DNA of 50,862 bases from a virus (IMGVR_UViG_3300031566_000057:1-50862); one strand, 5' to 3'; counted from the first letter of the stretch, positions 18,993 to 27,646 are shown. The notes: generated by a model not told the origin, from the sequence alone. Program-made: numbers and translations.

Positions 18993-19294
18993 ACCAGACA
19001 GCAACAGGCGAACGTGTGCATTGGACCTCTTCGGGCCTTGTGGATGACTGGCAGGATGAAGTCCCAGCCCTCATTCAGACGCACATGAACCGGAACAACC
19101 AGCCCATGCTGGACACAAAGACCCTGCGAATCAATCTGGAAAACCACTGGGGGGAAGAAGGTCTGCGTGAGATACCAGCAATTATCTCGGTCTACAGCGA
19201 CCGCGCTGGCGTCATGCTGGAGTTCATTCTGACGCTCAACCCCAACAGTTTCGCGGGCAAGAGCGCCGTCTACAACATCGACATGGAGCACTGA
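18989..19294 (+). CDS. Hypothetical protein
   Basis: AAGGAG RBS, ATGA coupling. Confidence 0.6.
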   Translation: MNQTATGERVHWTSSGLVDDWQDEVPALIQTHMNRNNQPMLDTKTLRINLENHWGEEGLREIPAIISVYSDRAGVMLEFILTLNPNSFAGKSAVYNIDMEH

Positions 19295-19306
19295 GGGAGA
19301 GGACTG

Positions 19307-19567
19307 ATGACAACCGCATTACAAGAGCTACAGGTCCTTGGGATCAAGAACATCGACCACATGGAGGGCGAGCTTCTGCCGGACATGGAAGCCATCGGAA
19401 GGCTTGCTGGCGCAGCCAAAGACAAGGGCAGAGACTTTGTGTTTGAAGGGTGCCTGCATCACAAACCGGCAGGGGCCTTGCTGATGTGCGTGTTTTGGTA
19501 CGGCTACCAGCGCCTTCTCTGCCGGGAAATGGAAGACGCGGTGACGGAACAGGAGTTGCCGAGATGA
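19307..19567 (+). CDS. Hypothetical protein
   Basis: GGAGAGG RBS. Confidence 0.55.
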   Translation: MTTALQELQVLGIKNIDHMEGELLPDMEAIGRLAGAAKDKGRDFVFEGCLHHKPAGALLMCVFWYGYQRLLCREMEDAVTEQELPR

Positions 19568-19902
19568 GCGAGAAATGCCCCAAGTGCGGGAAGAGGGGCC
19601 TCGGGACGATTCTGGATGGTCTGTGCGCGTGGTGCTGGCGAGATCGCTGGGCCGAACGGTGCTGTAATCTCGCCATAGAAATTGCCAAGCGGAAGGATGA
19701 ACTTGCCGACCTCCGCCGCCAGCTTGCCACGGCCAAGGAGCAGATCACCAAGCTGCGGGAGGCGTTGCGGGAGCATCGTCACACGGAAAAGTGCTTTAAC
19801 TACGCAGTCAAGACGGCTCTGAAGAGCGGCTGTTACTACTGTATCAAGGAGTGCGCCGACTCTCGACGCGCCGCCCTTGCCGACACGGAGCCCCCGAAAT
19901 GA
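19564..19902 (+). CDS. Zn-finger plus coiled-coil protein
   Basis: CPKC...CAWC then heptads; ATGA coupling. Confidence 0.55.
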   Translation: MSEKCPKCGKRGLGTILDGLCAWCWRDRWAERCCNLAIEIAKRKDELADLRRQLATAKEQITKLREALREHRHTEKCFNYAVKTALKSGCYYCIKECADSRRAALADTEPPK

Positions 19903-19982
19903 GACTCTGGCAGGCGCTACTGCTACTGTCCCTGGTCGTCACGGGGCTGATGATCTACGCGATTCTATCAGGTGGAAACTGA
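19899..19982 (+). CDS. 27-aa single-TM peptide (not in ORF track)
   Basis: MRLWQALLLLSLVVTGLMIYAILSGGN; ATGA coupling, GGAG upstream. Confidence 0.45.
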   Translation: MRLWQALLLLSLVVTGLMIYAILSGGN

Positions 19983-20054
19983 GTGGGCGCTAGGCCGTGG
20001 GCTGGGCGGGTCTCCCTCCGCCCGCCTCCCTGCGGCCGATGAAGGAGAAGTGAC

Positions 20055-20609
20055 ATGGACGAACGGGAAGAGAAACGCATTGCGGCAGGTGTGTTAAGGG
20101 TACTGGCCGAAGAGTACGCGGCTTTGGATTGGCCTGCCCATGCGGACGCCTGTAACAAGATTGCCCACAAGCTCGACCCGCCCGCTCCCCCTCTGCCGAA
20201 GCCGAAGTTCAAGGATGGGCAGTGGGTGACAACGAAGCATGGGACTGTGGGACAGATCATCAGCTGGTGTGGGCTTGAGCGACAGTACCACGTAGACGTG
20301 CGAGGACCTATCGGTCGTTGGTATCGAGAGAGTCACCTCTCCCCCTGGTTCGAGCCGGGGACGCTGGTGACATCAGAGACGGACAAGGACAGCCTCGGGT
20401 ACATCGACTCTGCTGGGCGGGTCGCGTGCTTGCCGGACGGATCGCTACACCACTTCGCTCGCGGCTGGAAACGAGCTGACTTTTCCGACGTGGAGCGCTG
20501 GCATCGGCAGTATTACCACTCTGCGACTAGCACGATAATGGCCTGGAACAAACAACTCCACGGCCAGCCCGCCGATGAGGGCGGGGCGACAGACAAGACA
20601 ACTGAATAG
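20055..20609 (+). CDS. Hypothetical protein with SH3/KOW-like PKFKDGQWV motif
   Basis: AAGGAG RBS. Confidence 0.6.
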   Translation: MDEREEKRIAAGVLRVLAEEYAALDWPAHADACNKIAHKLDPPAPPLPKPKFKDGQWVTTKHGTVGQIISWCGLERQYHVDVRGPIGRWYRESHLSPWFEPGTLVTSETDKDSLGYIDSAGRVACLPDGSLHHFARGWKRADFSDVERWHRQYYHSATSTIMAWNKQLHGQPADEGGATDKTTE

Positions 20610-20615
20610 AGAACA

Positions 20616-20811
20616 TGCTGGTGTGCGCTGGAGCGGAGGCGAAAGCCGTTGATGCGATGAAGGCGCGCGGTACTGGCGTCCTGCTACTGATAGTCGCGAC
20701 CGACAGGAGCGGCAAGCCGACGACAACTCGGCGTTCCACTGTGGCAGATTATGAGATCACGCGAGCCGAAGAAGCCCACGAGCGCCAGGGGCATAGTAGG
20801 CCACACCAGCA
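20616..20811 (+). ncRNA. Candidate structured ncRNA directly 5' of the tRNA
   Basis: Perfect 10-bp closing stem TGCTGGTGTG/CACACCAGCA; inner stems CTGGCGT/GCGCCAG, GGC-GAAA-GCC, GCCGA/TCGGC. Confidence 0.5.
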
Positions 20812-20814
20812 CCT

Positions 20815-20888
20815 GCGGCGGTAGCTCAAGTGGCAGAGCGCGTCCCTTATAAGGGCGAGGTTTGCAGGTTCAACTCCTGCCCGCCGCA
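20815..20888 (+). tRNA. tRNA-Ile, anticodon UAU (20848-20850), no encoded CCA
   Basis: Acceptor GCGGCGG/CCGCCGC, D arm GCTC/GAGC, anticodon arm CGTCC-CTTATAA-GGGCG, T arm GCAGG-TTCAACT-CCTGC, discriminator A. Confidence 0.92.
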
Positions 20889-20891
20889 ATC

Positions 20892-21040
20892 GAAGCGCGG
20901 GACGTTCCCGTGCGAGTTTCAGAGTCTCACAGCATGAAAGGTCCGTGGCAGTTGTAAGCAAAACCTGAACGGATAGTTATTCCAAGGCCCCCTCCGCGAA
21001 GCGAACCATGAGGGGGTCCGCAGACAACCCCGAAAGGGCA
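20892..21040 (+). ncRNA. Candidate structured RNA 3' of the tRNA
   Basis: Hairpins GCGCGGGA/TCCCGTGC, TTTCA/TGAAA, TCCGT/ACGGA, GGCCCCCTC/GAGGGGGTC, CCC-GAAA-GGG. Confidence 0.4.
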
Positions 21041-21052
21041 AGGAGATAGACC

Positions 21053-21916
21053 ATGAGTACCGAACCCATCTGGATACCGACGCCGGAGCCCGGAATCTAC
21101 CCGGGAATCCCTGCGGAGACGTACCACAAGTGGGACGCCATGAGCAATAGCTGGCTTAAGCTGCTGGCCGATGCGAGTCCGAAGCACTTCCACTACCGGC
21201 GGGGGCATCCCAAGGCCCCCACGAAGTCCATGCTGACGGGTACCTTGCTGCACAAGCTCTGTCTGGAAAGGCATCATTTCCCTGAGAGCTACGCCGTGGC
21301 CCCCGTAGGATTGCAGCGGACGGCCACGAAGAAATGGGCGGCGTTTCTGGAGGCGAACGCGCCAAAAAGGTGCATCACGGCCACAGAGTTCGCCCAGGCT
21401 TGTGGCATGGCCGATGGGATTATGGGGCATGGGGACGCCTCCACCCTCCTGATGCAGGGCGAGCCGGAAGTCAGCATTGTCTGGGACAACGAGGAGTTCG
21501 GGGTCCGCTGCAAGCTCCGCCTCGACTATCTGGCCAGGGCGGACAAGATGATCGGGGACATCAAGTCCACAAGCGATGGTGACGACCACGCCGTTTCCTC
21601 CTCGGTCAACAAGTACGGCTATCATCGCCAAGCAGGTTTCTACCTGGATGGGACGAAGGCGGTAGGGCTAGACATCGAGAGGTTCATCCTGATCTTCGTC
21701 GAGAGCGAGCCTCCCTACGACGCCTACGCCGCCGTTCTCGACACCAACGCCCTCCAGATCGGGCGGCACGAGTACAAGAACGCCCTGCGCATCTACCAAC
21801 ACTGCGTCAAGACGGGGCAATGGCCCGGTCGGCACGAGACGGACGTGCCCGCCATCCCCCTGCCCCGCTGGGTACTTCAGTCCTATGGAATCCGAGCAGA
21901 AGGAGTCCAGATATGA
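21053..21916 (+). CDS. RecE/exonuclease VIII-like PD-(D/E)xK nuclease (DUF3799-type)
   Basis: YH..DAMSNSWLK, GTLLHKLCLE, EVSIVW, CKLRLD, DIKST, YGYHRQAGFY. Confidence 0.85.
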   Translation: MSTEPIWIPTPEPGIYPGIPAETYHKWDAMSNSWLKLLADASPKHFHYRRGHPKAPTKSMLTGTLLHKLCLERHHFPESYAVAPVGLQRTATKKWAAFLEANAPKRCITATEFAQACGMADGIMGHGDASTLLMQGEPEVSIVWDNEEFGVRCKLRLDYLARADKMIGDIKSTSDGDDHAVSSSVNKYGYHRQAGFYLDGTKAVGLDIERFILIFVESEPPYDAYAAVLDTNALQIGRHEYKNALRIYQHCVKTGQWPGRHETDVPAIPLPRWVLQSYGIRAEGVQI

Positions 21917-22683
21917 GCGCCAACGGGAAACCCAAGTTGGGCCTCATCTACGAACGAATGGCGCGGATCATGGAACAGGTCCCGGCGATTGGCAAGGATG
22001 GTGAGAACAAGGTACAGAACTTCCGATTTCGCTCCATTGACCAGGTGTACGACGTGCTGCACCGGCTCCTGGCCGACAATCACGTCTTCTTCACGCCCCA
22101 CGTCGTTTCGCAGGAACGGCAGGTCTTGGACCGGCTGGACAAGCAGAGCGGGAAGAAGGTCGGGCATACGGTGTTGACGTGCCTGAGCGTCAAGTACATC
22201 TTCCACTGTGCTGATGACGGCTCCTGCCTGGAGGTCGGGCCGATCCCCGCAGAGGCGGCAGACAGCGGGGACAAGGCCAGCGCCAAGGCCCTGAGCATGG
22301 CCCTGAAGTACGTCCTCCTCCAGACCTTCTGCATCCCCATCCAAGCCGAGGCGGACTTCAAGACCGAGCCTGACGAGTCCGGGGCTGATGCGGCGCAAGC
22401 CCTGGCGGAGAAGCGCCTGAAGGGCAACGGCGGCGAGGACGAGGTGGCGAAGGCGTTGCAGGCCAAGTCACAGGCCGAGTGCAACAACTTCTCCCTCTCG
22501 CCATCGGACTTGGGCAGCCTCAAGCGACAGGTGTTTGAGATGGGTGCTCGAAGCCCCAAACAGGCCCTCGACCTGTTGAACAATGTTTCCATGCGGATCA
22601 TGGAAGACGGGGCGGGCATGGTATTGGGCGTCCACCTGGAAGAGATACCCAGGGATGGCGCACGAAAACAACCTGCGGCGTAG
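21913..22683 (+). CDS. ERF-family single-strand annealing protein
   Basis: IGKDGENKVQNFRFRSIDQV and DSGDKASAKALSMALKY...FCIP; coupled to the exonuclease. Confidence 0.85.
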   Translation: MSANGKPKLGLIYERMARIMEQVPAIGKDGENKVQNFRFRSIDQVYDVLHRLLADNHVFFTPHVVSQERQVLDRLDKQSGKKVGHTVLTCLSVKYIFHCADDGSCLEVGPIPAEAADSGDKASAKALSMALKYVLLQTFCIPIQAEADFKTEPDESGADAAQALAEKRLKGNGGEDEVAKALQAKSQAECNNFSLSPSDLGSLKRQVFEMGARSPKQALDLLNNVSMRIMEDGAGMVLGVHLEEIPRDGARKQPAA

Positions 22684-22691
22684 CGGGTCCA

Positions 22692-22727
22692 GGCCCGGTG
22701 GGGCAACCTGAACTGCTCCACCGGGCT
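22692..22727 (+). other. 14-bp intergenic hairpin without U-tract
   Basis: GGCCCGGTGGGGCA-acctgaac-TGCTCCACCGGGCT. Confidence 0.6.
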
Positions 22728-22740
22728 GTAGGGAGAGCAC

Positions 22741-22932
22741 ATGCCGACCAAATGGCCGAATCACATGACGGAGAGAGAGATGGCCCGGCGCATCAAGGCA
22801 GCCTCAAAGGGCGAGTTCTGCGGCTGGTACTGTCCCGGCTGTGGTGAGGACTGGCCCCGACAGCGGAAGCGCTGCCCCAAATGCGGGGGGTGTACTCCTG
22901 AGAAGATCATCAGACCGAAGCAGATCGCGTAG
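22741..22932 (+). CDS. Small Zn-ribbon protein
   Basis: CPGC...CPKC. Confidence 0.55.
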   Translation: MPTKWPNHMTEREMARRIKAASKGEFCGWYCPGCGEDWPRQRKRCPKCGGCTPEKIIRPKQIA

Positions 22933-22942
22933 GAGCATGACC

Positions 22943-23149
22943 ATGCTAAGAGGACGAAAGTGGCGCGATTGGCTAGAACCGAAGAGGTATTCATTTGAGG
23001 TAGTGCCATGCCCTGGAGAGGGAACAATCACTCTATGGATTGCGGAGTATGCAGAGAGTGTTACCCCAACGAAACTGCGCGCCCGCCAGGCCCGCGAGGT
23101 GGCTGAGTATCTCCGCAAATGCGCAGACCAGATTGAGGGCAAGACATGA
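22943..23149 (+). CDS. Hypothetical protein
   Basis: AGGAG RBS. Confidence 0.5.
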   Translation: MLRGRKWRDWLEPKRYSFEVVPCPGEGTITLWIAEYAESVTPTKLRARQAREVAEYLRKCADQIEGKT

Positions 23150-23328
23150 TCCCCCTACGAATCTTTCGCATGTCCTGGTACTGGGCTTACAAGCGCTGCT
23201 GCCTGTTCTTGGGTATTGTCTGGCGGAAAGACGACCCTCAATGTTCCCGCATTGACTGGTGTACGGCATGGGAAGTGGCCGGGATCACCTGGGGGCCTAA
23301 AGCATGGAAGCGGTGGTGCAAGCCATGA
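23146..23328 (+). CDS. Small Trp-rich hypothetical protein
   Basis: ATGA coupling at both ends. Confidence 0.45.
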   Translation: MIPLRIFRMSWYWAYKRCCLFLGIVWRKDDPQCSRIDWCTAWEVAGITWGPKAWKRWCKP

Positions 23329-23477
23329 AAGAGAAAGAGCAGCTATCCGAAGCCGATGCCTACCAATGGGCTGCCCAATGCCTGCGGGGGATACGCATCT
23401 CCTCCGAGGATGCGCAGATTCTCGCTGACCGGATAGTCTCGGCACTCATAGGCAAGGATGCGAACGATGGCGAATGA
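23325..23477 (+). CDS. 50-aa hypothetical protein (not in ORF track)
   Basis: MKEKEQLSEADAYQW...; fills the gap with overlapping start/stop. Confidence 0.45.
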   Translation: MKEKEQLSEADAYQWAAQCLRGIRISSEDAQILADRIVSALIGKDANDGE

Positions 23478-23760
23478 CTTTGAGCATTGGTGGGAGCGGA
23501 CGATGGGTGAGCGGATGTCGCATTCCAAGTACCTGGCTCATAATGCCTGGGACGCTGCGCTGGATAGTGCCGGGGCGGATGATCTGCAAGAGTGCCTGGA
23601 CGATATCCAGATCATCGCCAGCGGTTACGACGGGTATTGCACCGACGAGGGGTTGATGGAACTGATCGACGAACTGAGAGAACTGGCGGCCACTGGAAGG
23701 CCAGTCCCCATTGTCAAGGAAGACGAGAATGGCACGGAAGACCAAGAAGACAAAACGTGA
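23467..23760 (+). CDS. Acidic hypothetical protein
   Basis: AAGGA RBS. Confidence 0.5.
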   Translation: MANDFEHWWERTMGERMSHSKYLAHNAWDAALDSAGADDLQECLDDIQIIASGYDGYCTDEGLMELIDELRELAATGRPVPIVKEDENGTEDQEDKT

Positions 23761-24214
23761 ACCTGTAGCATGGGCAACGTCCTGGTGCGGCAAGGCTGAC
23801 GATGAAGTAACCGAGTATTTCAAGCACCAAGTCTGTGCGGTCTGCGGAACGCCCATCAGCGTGTGCGGGCACCATATTATCCCTCGCCGCCGGTGTGTAC
23901 ATCGTCGGCACACCTTCTGGAACCTCCTCCCCCTCTGTCCGAAACACCATAGGTTTTCTGTCGAGATGGCGGCCCATTCCGAAAGCTGTCTTGTCGTGGA
24001 CCGCTTCAATGCGTGGCTCAAAGCCAACCACCCCATCCGGTGGGCCAACTCCAAGCGGGACGAGCATATCGGCGTCGAAACAGAGGGCAAGGTCAACTAC
24101 AAGGAGGCTTACGAATGGTGGCGCGACCTGAACGAGGAACATGCGGAGTACCGCTACACCTGCCGAAGGCTGGGCATTCACAACCAAGAGAAGGAGACTG
24201 ACGATGGGACCTGA
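23729..24214 (+). CDS. HNH-type nuclease (NinG/DUF968-like)
   Basis: CAVCG...GHHII...NLLPLCPKHH...AAH. Confidence 0.7.
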   Translation: MARKTKKTKREPVAWATSWCGKADDEVTEYFKHQVCAVCGTPISVCGHHIIPRRRCVHRRHTFWNLLPLCPKHHRFSVEMAAHSESCLVVDRFNAWLKANHPIRWANSKRDEHIGVETEGKVNYKEAYEWWRDLNEEHAEYRYTCRRLGIHNQEKETDDGT

Positions 24215-24626
24215 CGACTACATCCCGATCTGTGACGCGCTTGGGGAATGGCCGGAGTGGCGGAATGACGACGAGGGGCTTCAAGAGCGGCTGAAGCCCT
24301 GGACGCGCCAAGCCTCGCACAAGTGGTGGTTCGAGTGGATGGATGGTAATTGCAAATGGCACAGGGGTATGCAGCTCGCCCCCCACGTCGCCCTGTGCAT
24401 CCTGGAGAAGTGGTTCCGTGAGAAGCTGACCAAGGCGGGTATCAGCATCATCCGCAGGGGGACGACCTACTACTGCACAAGGGACGGCGGGGCCTACTTG
24501 GCATTAGATGGAACAGGGTGGCATTTCTGGGGCGACGGCAACGCAACGCGCTTCGACACCTACGCCGAGGCCCAGCTCGCCGCAGGCAAGACGCTGTGCA
24601 AGGAGACTGACGATGGCGAAGCGTAA
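24204..24626 (+). CDS. Hypothetical protein flanked by 17-bp direct repeats
   Basis: AAGGAGACTGACGATGG at 24191 and 24600. Confidence 0.6.
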   Translation: MGPDDYIPICDALGEWPEWRNDDEGLQERLKPWTRQASHKWWFEWMDGNCKWHRGMQLAPHVALCILEKWFREKLTKAGISIIRRGTTYYCTRDGGAYLALDGTGWHFWGDGNATRFDTYAEAQLAAGKTLCKETDDGEA

Positions 24627-24825
24627 GGTGACGGTTCGTGGACCGAACAAAATCAGAGTAGCTGAGGCGGCTAGGGTCCCTCGCACGGATCTAATCCGCA
24701 TTGGTGTCCGATGGGCTCGTGAGCGCGCCGGGGAAGGGCCGGGCTCTTGCCTAAAGATAAACGCCGCCCGCAAGCTCGCCCAGGGCATCAACGCCATCTG
24801 CGACGGCATGGAGGCTGAGAAATGA
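24613..24825 (+). CDS. Small basic hypothetical protein
   Basis: AAGGAG RBS. Confidence 0.5.
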   Translation: MAKRKVTVRGPNKIRVAEAARVPRTDLIRIGVRWARERAGEGPGSCLKINAARKLAQGINAICDGMEAEK

Positions 24826-25010
24826 GTTGGTACGACCACACCTGCCACGAATGTAGCCATTGGGACGATATCAACGGCTGCTGGGCTGGGCAGGAAACCG
24901 ACGGACCATATGAATGCGCCTGTCCCCACTATCAGGGCGATGACTGGGACGATGATGATATCTCCTTCGACCATCCAGACTGCGATGGTCAGGAGGCCAA
25001 GGGTGATTGA
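24822..25010 (+). CDS. Small Cys/Asp-rich protein
   Basis: CHEC..C..CxC; GGAGG RBS. Confidence 0.5.
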   Translation: MSWYDHTCHECSHWDDINGCWAGQETDGPYECACPHYQGDDWDDDDISFDHPDCDGQEAKGD

Positions 25011-25055
25011 GCCCCAGAAACTACCCCGCCGCGGCGGGCTGTTCCAGGAGGGGAA

Positions 25056-25583
25056 ATGAAGTGGCACCTCTCCCATCGCGCTGATCCCGAGTGTCTGCCC
25101 CTAGCGGATAGGCACTACAACCGGCAGAAGCCCGGTACGCCGCAGTTTGTTCCTCCTGGGCGATGCTTGGTCCTCAAGCACTACAACGCGGACGGAAAGG
25201 TGGGAGCTGTCTGGGTCACATCCTGGCCGTATGCCAAGTTCGTCAAGCACGACTGGGCCGGAGCCTGGGTCAACAGCATGTTCCGCAAGGAATGTGACGG
25301 AGAGGCCAGCGAGTTCATCCGTGACGCGGTCGCGGTCACGTGCTGGCGGTACATCAGCGTTCCCAAGCTGGGCATGGTTTCGTTCATCGACCCGAAGCAC
25401 GTCTGTCCCCGGATGGTTCGGGGTAGACCCACCTGGGGGCATTCGTACCTCAAGGCGGGCTTCAAGCACGTTGGCTACACGAAGGGCGGACTGTGGGCCT
25501 TTCTGCGGGCCGCAACGGATATGCCGGAGCCAGAGCCCCCAGCTGGCTGCCTGCCGCTGTTCCAGGAGGGGAAGAGTGGCTAA
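25056..25583 (+). CDS. Putative Mom-like GNAT-fold DNA-modifying protein
   Basis: ADRHYNRQ..PPG, S.FIRDA, VSFID, GHSYLKAGF..VG resemble the Mom-superfamily pattern (recalled, not searched). Confidence 0.45.
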   Translation: MKWHLSHRADPECLPLADRHYNRQKPGTPQFVPPGRCLVLKHYNADGKVGAVWVTSWPYAKFVKHDWAGAWVNSMFRKECDGEASEFIRDAVAVTCWRYISVPKLGMVSFIDPKHVCPRMVRGRPTWGHSYLKAGFKHVGYTKGGLWAFLRAATDMPEPEPPAGCLPLFQEGKSG

Positions 25584-26322
25584 ACAGCCCATAGACTACG
25601 TATCTCTCAAGCCTGCGGACTTCCTGACGGATGCGGATGTGAGGTCCTGGCCCGCTCGGGAAGTGGGGGCTTACTGCCTCCTGATCTTCTTCCTTTACAA
25701 GAACCACGGCAAGGCCAACAGCGACCCCAGAGCCCTCTGCCGGATTTGCCAGTGTCAGGAATCTGAGTGGTCGGAAGTGTGGAGCACAATCGCGCAAAAG
25801 TTTTCAGAACGCGAACACGTTTTAACGCACAAGCGCGTCTCCTTGGAACTCCGCAAGGCCCGGAAGCGCATGGAAAAGGCGAAGCGGGCAGGAGTTATAG
25901 GGGCCAAGGCGCGATGGCAACCGCATAGCAACCGCAATGCGAATGCCATAGCTAAGTTAAGTAATGTAATGGTAAGTAAAGAAGATACACCCCCTACCCC
26001 CTCTGAGGGGGAATGGCTTCTCGGCTGTCAACTCCCCTCTTCTCTGGACACCCCGGAGTTTGGGGAAGCATGGCGGGATTGGTTCGACTATCGGAAGGGG
26101 ATTCGACACGCCCTGACTCCGAAAACGATAGAGCGCCAGTTAGCGAAGCTGGCCCGCGACCCCAGTACCGCAGTGGCGGTGATCGAGCAGAGCATTGAGA
26201 ACGGCTGGCAAGGACTGTTTGAGGTGAAAGATGGCAGACGTGGAAAGACTGGCCTTGGGAAAGACGGTGGAGCAGTTGAAGGCAAAGTACGGTTCGATGG
26301 TGGAGACTCCGTTGTCGCCTGA
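25576..26322 (+). CDS. Replication initiator (YdaU/DUF1376-type N-domain)
   Basis: PADFLTD....EVGAYCLL N-domain; AWRDWFDYRK...IEQSIENGWQGLF C-domain; precedes DnaC-like gene. Confidence 0.75.
   Translation: MAKQPIDYVSLKPADFLTDADVRSWPAREVGAYCLLIFFLYKNHGKANSDPRALCRICQCQESEWSEVWSTIAQKFSEREHVLTHKRVSLELRKARKRMEKAKRAGVIGAKARWQPHSNRNANAIAKLSNVMVSKEDTPPTPSEGEWLLGCQLPSSLDTPEFGEAWRDWFDYRKGIRHALTPKTIERQLAKLARDPSTAVAVIEQSIENGWQGLFEVKDGRRGKTGLGKDGGAVEGKVRFDGGDSVVA
25915..26012. other. Probable replication origin inside the initiator gene
   Basis: Short GCATAGC/GCAATGC/CCATAGC repeats then AT-rich TAAGT/TAATG pentamers; lambdoid ori position. Confidence 0.5.
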
Positions 26323-26860
26323 CCTGGATTTCACCACGGGCCTGCCTCCACGCTTCACTCGATGGCGCATGAAGGACTTCTCCCCCAGCTTAATAGACGC
26401 CGCGCGGCCGTTCTTCCAAGCTGTTGGCTGCTGGTCGCTCTATCTCTGGGGCGAGACGGGAACCCGCAAGACCTCATTCGCTATCGCCTCTCTGATTCAC
26501 ATGCGCGAGCACACAAGAACGCTCACGGGGCTCTTCCTCCCAGCCTACGAGTGCGTTCGTCAGCTACGGAACATCCATGACCCCATGAACGATGCCGTCT
26601 TGGCCCGTTGGCGCAAGGCGATGTGGCTGGTCTTTGATGATCTTGGAAAGCACAGGGACACACCCCACATCGTTGAACAACTCCTCTTCTTGTTGCACTA
26701 TCGGTACGACTGGCACGAACCAGGCTACAAGACGATCATCACGGCGAACATGAGCCTCGACCAGCTTGCGAAGACCATTGACCCGGCCACGGCGCGCAGG
26801 TTGGAAGAGGGCAAGGTACTGAAACTTGAACTACCGCAGGAGAACACAGATGGACATTGA
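26231..26860 (+). CDS. DnaC/IstB-like helicase loader ATPase
   Basis: LPPRF, GETGTRKTS, LVFDDLG, TIITAN, ARRL. Confidence 0.8.
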   Translation: MADVERLALGKTVEQLKAKYGSMVETPLSPDLDFTTGLPPRFTRWRMKDFSPSLIDAARPFFQAVGCWSLYLWGETGTRKTSFAIASLIHMREHTRTLTGLFLPAYECVRQLRNIHDPMNDAVLARWRKAMWLVFDDLGKHRDTPHIVEQLLFLLHYRYDWHEPGYKTIITANMSLDQLAKTIDPATARRLEEGKVLKLELPQENTDGH

Positions 26861-27416
26861 CACGCGAGAAGCATGGATCACAACGGTCAGTGGAGTACGA
26901 GTGGACCTGGTAGACCCCGACCCCGCAACGATTCACATCGCCGACATCGCGCATTCGCTGGCTGCGCAATGCCGGTACAACGGGCATTGTAAGCCTTGGT
27001 ACAGTGTTGCCGAGCATTCTGTCTTGGTCAGCCACTGGCTTGAGGGGCACGGGGAGACGGAACGGGTGCAACTGCTGGGGTTGCTGCATGATGCGACGGA
27101 AGCCTACATCGGGGACATTACGTGGGGCGTGAAGCAGCTTATCCCGGAGATTCGCCAGGCAGAACACAGACTGGCCCCGCACATCTACAACGCGCTGGGT
27201 ATACTGCCTCCAACCGAAGACGAAGAGCACATCATCAAGCTCGGGGATCGCGTACTACTGGTGACGGAGTTTCAGGACATGATGGGTTGCGGATTGGTAA
27301 TGGATGGGCTGCCCGACGCGGATGAGGGCATGGTTTTCTGCTACCTCGACGCCAAGAACGCCAGGGAATGCTTCTTGGCGAACTGGCGCTGCTTGGCGGA
27401 GAAGGTTGGGATATGA
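26850..27416 (+). CDS. HD-domain phosphohydrolase (YfdR/YfbR-like deoxynucleotidase)
   Basis: DIAHSLA..CRYNGH, YSVAEHS, LLHDATEAYIGD. Confidence 0.85.
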   Translation: MDIDTREAWITTVSGVRVDLVDPDPATIHIADIAHSLAAQCRYNGHCKPWYSVAEHSVLVSHWLEGHGETERVQLLGLLHDATEAYIGDITWGVKQLIPEIRQAEHRLAPHIYNALGILPPTEDEEHIIKLGDRVLLVTEFQDMMGCGLVMDGLPDADEGMVFCYLDAKNARECFLANWRCLAEKVGI

Positions 27417-27646
27417 CCTTCGTTCTCTGGTTTGCGGCGGTGTTCAACTACTGGATTCACGTCCGGCGGTACTGGTGGGCTCCCATCGTGGGGTTGGTCT
27501 GCCAAGTGCCCTGGATTGCTTACGGGCTTTGGGTTCGTGCCTGGGGCCTTGTGGGATGTGGTATCACCTTCGGAGTGATTGCGGCGTTGGCAATACCGAC
27601 GTGGGCAAGGACGAAAGGAGCTACGGATGGCAGAGAGAATCAATAA
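27413..27646 (+). CDS. Small multi-TM membrane protein
   Basis: Three hydrophobic segments. Confidence 0.55.
   Translation: MTFVLWFAAVFNYWIHVRRYWWAPIVGLVCQVPWIAYGLWVRAWGLVGCGITFGVIAALAIPTWARTKGATDGRENQ

Noticed and set aside
20615-20824. 69-aa CDS
   Set aside because: Weak RBS, overlaps the tRNA, and the region is better explained as structured RNA; not fully excluded
20889-20945. Theta/HDV-like ribozyme after the tRNA (contains L3-like TTCCCGT)
   Set aside because: Flanks do not give a canonical P3/P1.1, and the motif is explained by a simple hairpin with GCGCGGGA; a descriptor search would settle it
25147-25575. N-terminal extension making a 391-aa initiator
   Set aside because: Overlaps the 25056 gene out of frame; GTG 25576 has a strong RBS and begins the recognisable domain
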